Source of the DNA: Eledone cirrhosa
Lineage: Eukaryota
Reading direction: 5' to 3'
Assembly: GCA_964016885.1 (NCBI GenBank)
Contig: OZ024744.1
Location: forward strand, 30,876,001-30,940,000
DNA length: 64,000 bases
In this document: positions 54,760-64,000 of the stretch, piece by piece
Layout of the letters: every line of letters begins with the position of its first letter
Position numbering within the stretch: position 1 is the first letter of the stretch
The notes under the pieces: generated by a model
Database searches by the model: none
Told to the model about the DNA's origin: nothing
Seen by the model: only the letters and a program-made list of their open reading frames with translations
Made by a program: the position numbers and the translations under genes

Positions 54760-57700
54760 AGGTCCAAACACAGAGGAACCAACCTCCCACTGTCACTGCC
54801 TCTGTCTCTCTCACTCTCTCCCTATCTCTCCCACTCTCTCCCTCTCTCTCATATACACCAGGTCCAAACACAGAGGAACCAACCTCCCACTGTCACTGCC
54901 ACCATCTCTCCCACTCTCTCCCTATCTCTCATATACACCAGGTCCAAACACAGAGGAAACAACCTCCCACTGTCACTGCCTCCATCTCACTCACTCTCTC
55001 CCTATCTCTCATATAAACCAGGTCCAAACAAAGAGGAACCAACCTCCCAATGTCACTGCCTCCGTCTCTCTCTCACACTCCCTATCTCTCATATACACCA
55101 GGTCCAAACACAGAGGAACCAACCTCCCACTGTCACTGCCTCCGTCTCTCTCACTCTCTCCCTATCTCTCATATACACCAGGTCCAAACACAGAGGAACC
55201 AACCTCCCACTGTCACTGCCACCATCTCTCCCACTCTCTCCCTATCTCTCATATACACCAGGTCCAAACACAGAGGAAACAACCTCCCACTGTCACTGCC
55301 TCCATCTCACTCACTCTCTCCCTATCTCTCATATAAACCAGGTCCAAACAAAGAGGAACCAACCTCCCAATGTCACTGCCTCCGTCTCTCTCTCACACTC
55401 CCTATCTCTCATATACACCAGGTCCAAACACAGAGGAACCAACCTCCCACTGTCACTGAATCCGTCTCTCCCACTCTCTCAAAATCTCTCATATACACCA
55501 GGTCGAAACACAGAGGAACCAACCTCCCACTGTCACTGCCTCCATCTCTCTCACTCTCTCCCTATCTCTCATATAAACCAGGTCCAAAAACAGAGGAACC
55601 AACCTCCCACTGTCACTGCCTCTGTCTCTCTCACTCTCTCCCTATCTCTCATATACACCAGGTCCAAACACAGAGGAACCAACCTCCCACTGTCACTGTC
55701 TCCGTCTCTCCCACTCTCTCACAATCTCTCATGTACACCAGGTCCAAACACAGAGGAACCAACCTCCCACTGTCACTGCCTCCGTCTCTCTCACTCTCTC
55801 CCTATCTCTCATATACACCAGGTCCAAACACAGAGGAACCAACCTCCCACAGTCACTGCTTCCGTCTCTCCCACTCTCTCCCTATCTCTCATATACACCA
55901 GGTCCAAACACAGAGGAACCAACCTCCCACTGTCACTGCCTCCGTCTCTCACTCTCTCCCTATCTCTCATATACACCAGGTCCAAACACAGAGGAACCAA
56001 CCTCCCACTGTCACTGCTTCCATCTCTCCCACTCACCCTATCTCTCATATACACCAGGTTCAAACACAGAGGAACCAACCTCCCACTGTCACTGCCTCCG
56101 TCTCTCCCACTCTCTCCCTATCTCTCATATACACCAGGTCTAAACACAGAGGATCCAACCTCCCACTGTCACTGCCTACGTCTCTCTCACTCTCCCTACC
56201 TCTCATATACTCCAGGTCTAAACACAGAGGAACCAACCTCCCACTGTCACTGCCTCCGTCTCTCCCACTCTCTCCCTATCTCTCATATACACCAGGTCCA
56301 AACACAGAGGAACCAACCTCCCACTGTCTCTGCCTACGTCTCTCCCACTCTCCCTATCTCTCATATAAACCAGGTCCAAACACAGAGGAACCAACCTCAC
56401 ACTGTCACTGCCTACGTCTCTCCCACTCTCTCCCTATCTCTCATATACACCAGGTCCTAACACAGAGGAACCAACCTCCCACTGTCACTGCCTCCATCTC
56501 TCCCACTCTCCCTATCTCTCATATACACCAGGTCGAAACACAGAGGAACCAACCTCCCACTGTCACTGCCTCCATCTCTCCCACTCTCTCCCTATCTCTC
56601 ATATACACCAGGTCCAAACACAGAGGAACCAACCTCCCACTGTCACTGCCTCCGTCTCTCCCGCTCTCTCCCTATCTCTTATATACACCAGGTCTAAACA
56701 CAGAGGTACCAACCTCCCACTGTCACTGACCACATCTCTCCCACTCTCTCCCTATCTCTCATATACACCAGGTCCAAACTCAGAGGAACCAACCTCCCAC
56801 TGTCACTGCCTCCGTCTCTCTCACTCTCTCCCTATCTCTCATATACAACAGGTCCAAACACAGAGGAACCAACCTCCCATTGTCACTGCCTCCATTTCTC
56901 TCCCACTCTCCCTATCTCTCATATACACCAGGTCCAAACACAGAGGAACCAACCTCCCACTGTCACTGCCTCCGTCTCTCCCACTCTCTCCCTATCTCTC
57001 ATATACAACAGGTCCAAACACAGAGGAACCAACCTCCCACTGTCACTGCTTCCATCTCTCCCACTCTCTCCCTATCTCTCATATACACCAGGTCCAAACA
57101 CAGAGGAACCAACATCCCACTGTCACTGCCTCCGTCTCTCTCCCACTCTCTCCCTATCTCTCATATAAATCAGGTCCAAACACAGAGGAACCAAGCTCCC
57201 ACTGTCACTGCCTCCGTCTCTCCCACTCTCTCCCTATCTCTCATATACACCAAGTCTAAACACAGAGGAACCAACCTCCCACTGTCACTGCCTCCATCTC
57301 TCCCACTCTCTCCCTATCTCTCATATACACCAGGTCCAAACACAGAGGAACCAACCTCCCACTGTCACTGCCTCCGTCTCTCTCCCACTCTCTCCCTATC
57401 TCTCATATAAATCCGGTCCAAACACAGAGGAACCAACCTGCCACTGTCACTGCCTCCGTCTCTCCCACTCTCTCCCTATCTCTCATATACACCAGGTCCA
57501 AACACAGAGGATCCAACCACCCAATGTCAATGCCTCCATCTCTCCCACTCTCTCCCTATCTCTCCTATACACCAGGGCCAAACACAGAGGAACCAACCTC
57601 CCACTGTCTCTGCCACTGTCTCTCCCACTCTCCCTATCTCTCATATACACCAGGTCTAAACACAAAGGAACCAACCTCCCACTGTCACTGCCTCCATCTC

Positions 57701-60700
57701 TCCCACTCACTCCCTATCTCTCATATACACCAGGTCTAAACACAGAGGAACCAACCTCCCACTGTCACTGCCTCCATCTCTCCCACTCTCACCCTATCTC
57801 TCATATACACCAGGTCCAAACACAGAGGAACCAACCTCCCACTGTCACTTCCTCCATCTCTCCCACTCTCTCCCTATCTCTCATATACACCAGGTCCAAA
57901 CACAGAGGAACCAACCTCCCACTGTCACTGCCTACGTCTCTCCCACTCTCACCCTATCTCTCATATACACCAGGTCTAAACACAGAGGAACCAACCTCCC
58001 ACTGTCACTGACACCGTCTCTCCCACTCTCTCCCTATCTCTCATATACACTAGGTCCAAACACAGAGGAACCAACATCCCACTGTCACTGCCTCCGTCTC
58101 TCCCACTCTCTCCCTACCTCTCATATACACCAGGTCCAAACACAGAGGAACCAACCTCCCACTGTCACTGCCTCCGTCTCTCTCACTCTCTCCCTATCTC
58201 TCATATACACCAGGTCCAAACACAGAGGAACCAACCTCCCACTGTCACTGCCTCCGTCTCTCTCACTCTCCCTATCTCTCATATACACCAGGTCTAAACA
58301 CAGAGGAACCAACCTCCCACTGTCACTGCCTCCGCCTCTCCCATCCTCTCCCTATCTCTCATATACACCAGGTCTAAACACAGAGGAACCAACCTCCCAC
58401 TCTCACTGCCTCCGCCTCTCCCACCCTCTCCCTATCTCTCATATACACCAGGTCTAAACACAGAGGAACCAACCTCCCACTGTCACTGCCTCCGTCTCTC
58501 CCACTCTCTCCCTCTCTCTCATATACACCAGGTCCAAACACAGAGGAACCAACCTCCCACTGTCCCTGCCACCATCTCTCTCACTCTCTCCCTATCTCTC
58601 ATATAAACCAGGTCCAAACACAGAGGAACCAACCTCCCAATGTCACTGCCTCCGTCTCTCTCTCACACTCCCTATCTCTCATATACACCAGGTCCAAACA
58701 CAGAGGAACCAACCTCCCACTGTCACTGAATCCGTCTCTCCCACTCTCTCACAATCTCTCATATACACCAGGTCGAAACACAGAGGAACCAACCTCCCAC
58801 TGTCACTGCCTCCATCTCTCTCACTCTCTCCCTATCTCTCATATACACCAGGTCCAAACACAGAGGAACCAACCTCCCACTGTCACTGCCTCCGTCTCTC
58901 CCGCTCTCTCCCTATCTCTTATATACACCAGGTCTAAACACAGAGGTACCAACCTCCCACTGTCACTGACCACATCTCTCCCACTCTCTCCCTATCTCTC
59001 ATATACACCAGGTCCAAACTCAGAGGAACCAACCTCCCACTGTCACTGCCTCCGTCTCTCTCACACTCTCCCTATCTCTCATATACAACAGGTCCAAACA
59101 CAGAGGAACCAACCTCCCATTGTCACTGCCTCCGTCTCTCTCCCACTCTCCCTATCTCTCATATACACCAGGTCCAAACACAGAGGAACCAACCTCCCAC
59201 TGTCACTGCCTCCGTCTCTCCCACTCTCACCCTATCTCTCATATACACCAGGTCCAAACACAGAGGAACCAACCTCCCACTGTCACTGCCTCTGTCTCTC
59301 TCACTCTCTCCCTATCTCTCCCACTCTCTCCCTCTCTCTCATATACACCAGGTCCAAACACAGAGGAACCAACCTCCCACTGTCACTGCCACCATCTCTC
59401 CCACTCTCTCCCTATCTCTCATATACACCAGGTCCAAACACAGAGGAAACAACCTCCCACTGTCACTGCCTCCATCTCACTCACTCTCTCCCTATCTCTC
59501 ATATAAACCAGGTCCAAACAAAGAGGAACCAACCTCCCAATGTCACTGCCTCCGTCTCTCTCTCACACTCCCTATCTCTCATATACACCAGGTCCAAACA
59601 CAGAGGAACCAACCTCCCACTGTCACTGAATCCGTCTCTCCCACTCTCTCAAAATCTCTCATATACACCAGGTCGAAACACAGAGGAACCAACCTCCCAC
59701 TGTCACTGCCTCCATCTCTCTCACTCTCTCCCTATCTCTCATATAAACCAGGTCCAAAAACAGAGGAACCAACCTCCCACTGTCACTGCCTCTGTCTCTC
59801 TCACTCTCTCCCTATCTCTCATATACACCAGGTCCAAACACAGAGGAACCAACCTCCCACTGTCACTGTCTCCGTCTCTCCCACTCTCTCACAATCTCTC
59901 ATGTACACCAGGTCCAAACACAGAGGAACCAACCTTCCACTGTCACTGCCTCCGTCTCTCTCACTCTCTCCCTATCTCTCATATACACCAGGTCCAAACA
60001 CAGAGGAACCAACCTCCCACAGTCACTGCTTCCGTCTCTCCCACTCTCTCCCTATCTCTCATATACACCAGGTCCAAACACAGAGGAACCAACCTCCCAC
60101 TGTCACTGCCTCCGTCTCTCACTCTCTCCCTATCTCTCATATACACCAGGTCCAAACACAGAGGAACCAACCTCCCACTGTCACTGCTTCCATCTCTCCC
60201 ACTCACCCTATCTCTCATATACACCAGGTTCAAACACAGAGGAACCAACCTCCCACTGTCACTACCTCCGTCTCTCCCACTCTCTCCCTATCTCTCATAT
60301 ACACCAGGTCTAAACACAGAGGATCCAACCTCCCACTGTCACTGCCTACGTCTCTCTCACTCTCCCTACCTCTCATATACTCCAGGTCTAAACACAGAGG
60401 AACCAACCTCCCACTGTCACTGCCTCCGTCTCTCCCACTCTCTCCCTATCTCTCATATACACCAGGTCCAAACACAGAGGAACCAACCTCCCACTGTCTC
60501 TGCCTACGTCTCTCCCACTCTCCCTATCTCTCATATAAACCAGGTCCAAACACAGAGGAACCAACCTCACACTGTCACTGCCTACGTCTCTCCCACTCTC
60601 TCCCTATCTCTCATATACACCAGGTCCTAACACAGAGGAACCAACCTCCCACTGTCACTGCCTCCATCTCTCCCACTCTCCCTATCTCTCATATACACCA

Positions 60701-63700
60701 GGTCGAAACACAGAGGAACCAACCTCCCACTGTCACTGCCTCCATCTCTCCCACTCTCTCCCTATCTCTCATATACACCAGGTCCAAACACAGAGGAACC
60801 AACCTCCCACTGTCACTGCCTCCGTCTCTCCCGCTCTCTCCCTATCTCTTATATACACCAGGTCTAAACACAGAGGTACCAACCTCCCACTGTCACTGAC
60901 CACATCTCTCCCACTCTCTCCCTATCTCTCATATACACCAGGTCCAAACTCAGAGGAACCAACCTCCCACTGTCACTGCCTCCGTCTCTCTCACTCTCTC
61001 CCTATCTCTCATATACAACAGGTCCAAACACAGAGGAACCAACCTCCCATTGTCACTGCCTCCATTTCTCTCCCACTCTCCCTATCTCTCATATACACCA
61101 GGTCCAAACACAGAGGAACCAACCTCCCACTGTCACTGCCTCCGTCTCTCCCACTCTCTCCCTATCTCTCATATACAACAGGTCCAAACACAGAGGAACC
61201 AACCTCCCACTGTCACTGCTTCCATCTCTCCCACTCTCTCCCTATCTCTCATATACACCAGGTCCAAACACAGAGGAACCAACCTCCCACTGTCACTGCC
61301 TCCGTCTCTCTCCCACTCTCTCCCTATCTCTCATATAAATCAGGTCCAAACACAGAGGAACCAAGCTCCCACTGTCACTGCCTCCGTCTCTCCCACTCTC
61401 TCCCTATCTCTCATATACACCAAGTCTAAACACAGAGGAACCAACCTCCCACTGTCACTGCCTCCATCTCTCCCACTCTCTCCCTATCTCTCATATACAC
61501 CAGGTCCAAACACAGAGGAACCAACCTCCCACTGTCACTGCCTCCGTCTCTCTCCCACTCTCTCCCTATCTCTCATATAAATCCGGTCCAAACACAGAGG
61601 AACCAACCTGCCACTGTCACTGCCTCCGTCTCTCCCACTCTCTCCCTATCTCTCATATACACCAGGTCCAAACACAGAGGATCCAACCACCCAATGTCAA
61701 TGCCTCCATCTCTCCCACTCTCTCCCTATCTCTCCTATACACCAGGGCCAAACACAGAGGAACCAACCTCCCACTGTCTCTGCCACTGTCTCTCCCACTC
61801 TCCCTATCTCTCATATACACCAGGTCTAAACACAAAGGAACCAACCTCCCACTGTCACTGCCTCCATCTCTCCCACTCACTCCCTATCTCTCATATACAC
61901 CAGGTCTAAACACAGAGGAACCAACCTCCCACTGTCACTGCCTCCATCTCTCCCACTCTCACCCTATCTCTCATATACACCAGGTCCAAACACAGAGGAA
62001 CCAACCTCCCACTGTCACTGCCTACGTCTCTCCCACTCTCACCCTATCTCTCATATACACCAGGTCTAAACACAGAGGAACCAACCTCCCACTGTCACTG
62101 ACACCGTCTCTCCCACTCTCTCCCTATCTCTCATATACACCAGGTCTAAACACAAAGGAACCAACCTCCCACTGTCACTGCCTCCATCTCTCCCACTCAC
62201 TCCCTATCTCTCATATACACCAGGTCTAAACACAGAGGAACCAACCTCCCACTGTCACTGCCTCCATCTCTCCCACTCTCACCCTATCTCTCATATACAC
62301 CAGGTCCAAACACAGAGGAACCAACCTCCCACTGTCACTTCCTCCATCTCTCCCACTCTCTCCCTATCTCTCATATACACCAGGTCCAAACACAGAGGAA
62401 CCAACCTCCCACTGTCACTGCCTACGTCTCTCCCACTCTCACCCTATCTCTCATATACACCAGGTCTAAACACAGAGGAACCAACCTCCCACTGTCACTG
62501 ACACCGTCTCTCCCACTCTCTCCCTATCTCTCATATACACCAGGTCCAAACACAGAGGAACCAACATCCCACTGTCACTGCCTCCGTCTCTCCCACTCTC
62601 TCCCTACCTCTCATATACACCAGGTCCAAACACAGAGGAACCAACCTCCCACTGTCACTGCCTCCGTCTCTCTCACTCTCTCCCTATCTCTCATATACAC
62701 CAGGTCCAAACACAGAGGAACCAACCTCCCACTGTCACTGCCTCCGTCTCTCTCACTCTCCCTATCTCTCATATACACCAGGTCTAAACACAGAGGAACC
62801 AACCTCCCACTGTCACTGCCTCCGCCTCTCCCATCCTCTCCCTATCTCTCATATACACCAGGTCTAAACACAGAGGAACCAACCTCCCACTCTCACTGCC
62901 TCCGCCTCTCCCACCCTCTCCCTATCTCTCATATACACCAGGTCTAAACACAGAGGAACCAACCTCCCACTGTCACTGCCTCCGTCTCTCCCACTCTCTC
63001 CCTCTCTCTCATATACACCAGGTCCAAACACAGAGGAACCAACCTCCCACTGTCCCTGCCACCATCTCACTCACTCTCTCCCTATCTCTCATATAAACCA
63101 GGTCCAAACACAGAGGAACCAACCTCCCAATGTCACTGCCTCCGTCTCTCTCTCACACTCCCTATCTCTCATATACACCAGGTCCAAACACAGAGGAACC
63201 AACCTCCCACTGTCACTGAATCCGTCTCTCCCACTCTCTCACAATCTCTCATATACACCAGGTCAAAACACAGAGGAACCAACCTCCCACTGTCACTGCC
63301 TCCATCTCTCTCACTCTCTCCCTATCTCTCATATACACCAGGTCCAAACACAGAGGAACCAACCTCCCACTGTCACTGCCTCCGTCTCTCCCGCTCTCTC
63401 CCTATCTCTTATATACACCAGGTCTAAACACAGAGGTACCAACCTCCCACTGTCACTGACCACATCTCTCCCACTCTCTCCCTATCTCTCATATACACCA
63501 GGTCCAAACTCAGAGGAACCAACCTCCCACTGTCACTGCCTCCGTCTCTCTCACACTCTCCCTATCTCTCATATACAACAGGTCCAAACACAGAGGAACC
63601 AACCTCCCATTGTCACTGCCTCCGTCTCTCTCCCACTCTCCCTATCTCTCATATACACCAGGTCCAAACACAGAGGAACCAACCTCCCACTGTCACTGCC

Positions 63701-64000
63701 TCCGTCTCTCCCACTCTCACCCTATCTCTCATATACACCAGGTCCAAACACAGAGGAACCAACCTCCCACTGTCACTGCCTCTGTCTCTCTCACTCTCTC
63801 CCTATCTCTCCCACTCTCTCCCTCTCTCTCATATACACCAGGTCCAAACACAGAGGAACCAACCTCCCACTGTCACTGCCACCATCTCTCCCACTCTCTC
63901 CCTATCTCTCATATACACCAGGTCCAAACACAGAGGAAACAACCTCCCACTGTCACTGCCTCCATCTCACTCACTCTCTCCCTATCTCTCATATAAACCA
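54760..64000 (+). repeat. About 4.2-4.5-kb higher-order repeat, 2 copies plus the start of a third
   Basis: ORF pairs 55809/59979, 56880/61050 and 57524/61694 are offset by 4170, and 58121/62611 and 59120/63610 by 4490. The 100-bp marker monomer occurs at 54751, 59241 and 63731. Confidence 0.9.

Larger units (their letters stand above)
3550..64000 (+). repeat. Large tandem satellite array, 80-bp monomer, about 760 head-to-tail copies, truncated by the window end
   Basis: TCCAAACACA recurs at 3641, 3721, 3801, 3881 and onward (period 80). Monomer lengths vary (mostly 78/80/82 through CT-dinucleotide slippage, some 79, rare 54 and 100). All units are in the same orientation and I saw no foreign insertion. 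Copy number is estimated as span divided by ~79.5. Confidence 0.99.

Noticed and set aside
3573-63996. Numerous long ORFs on both strands (up to 973 aa) as mucin-like or metal-binding protein genes
   Set aside because: They are translations of the 80-bp satellite, open in overlapping frames. They are disrupted by frame-indifferent 1-2 bp indels and have no unique domain, signal peptide or exon structure.
3550-64000. CRISPR-like array (conserved segment alternating with a more variable segment)
   Set aside because: The variable part is the same CT-rich sequence with SNVs and slippage, not unique spacers. There are no cas genes and the context is eukaryotic.
3550-64000. Telomeric or subtelomeric repeat suggested by the strong C/G skew
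   Set aside because: No TTAGGG/CCCTAA tracts were seen, and chromosomal position cannot be inferred from this window.

Overview
This is a eukaryotic, non-genic window. The SINE sequences resemble the abundant octopus tRNA-derived SINEs as I recall them, so a cephalopod source is likely but unverified. Bases 1-~3550 are an AT-rich flank containing a CA/CAGA+TA microsatellite, three decayed tRNA-derived SINE copies and a decayed, internally deleted CR1/L2-group LINE ORF2 on the minus strand. From ~3550 to the end of the window (over 60 kb, roughly 760 units, running off the edge) is one uninterrupted head-to-tail satellite of an 80-bp monomer (TCCAAACACAGAGGAACCAACCTCCCACTGTCACTGCCTCCGTCTCTCCCACTCTCTCCCTATCTCTCATATACACCAGG; 35 C, 19 A, 18 T, 8 G). 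Monomer variants are organised into nested higher-order repeats of about 722, 950, 1996, 2448, 3361, 4170/4490 and 5412/5567 bp. A homogeneous central domain is flanked on both sides by related, more heterogeneous sequence, and there is a degenerate unit at the array edge. The many long ORFs in the array are by-products of a stop-free plus-strand monomer. I found no supportable protein-coding gene, RNA gene or CRISPR array. The most notable structure is the hierarchical HOR architecture of the satellite.
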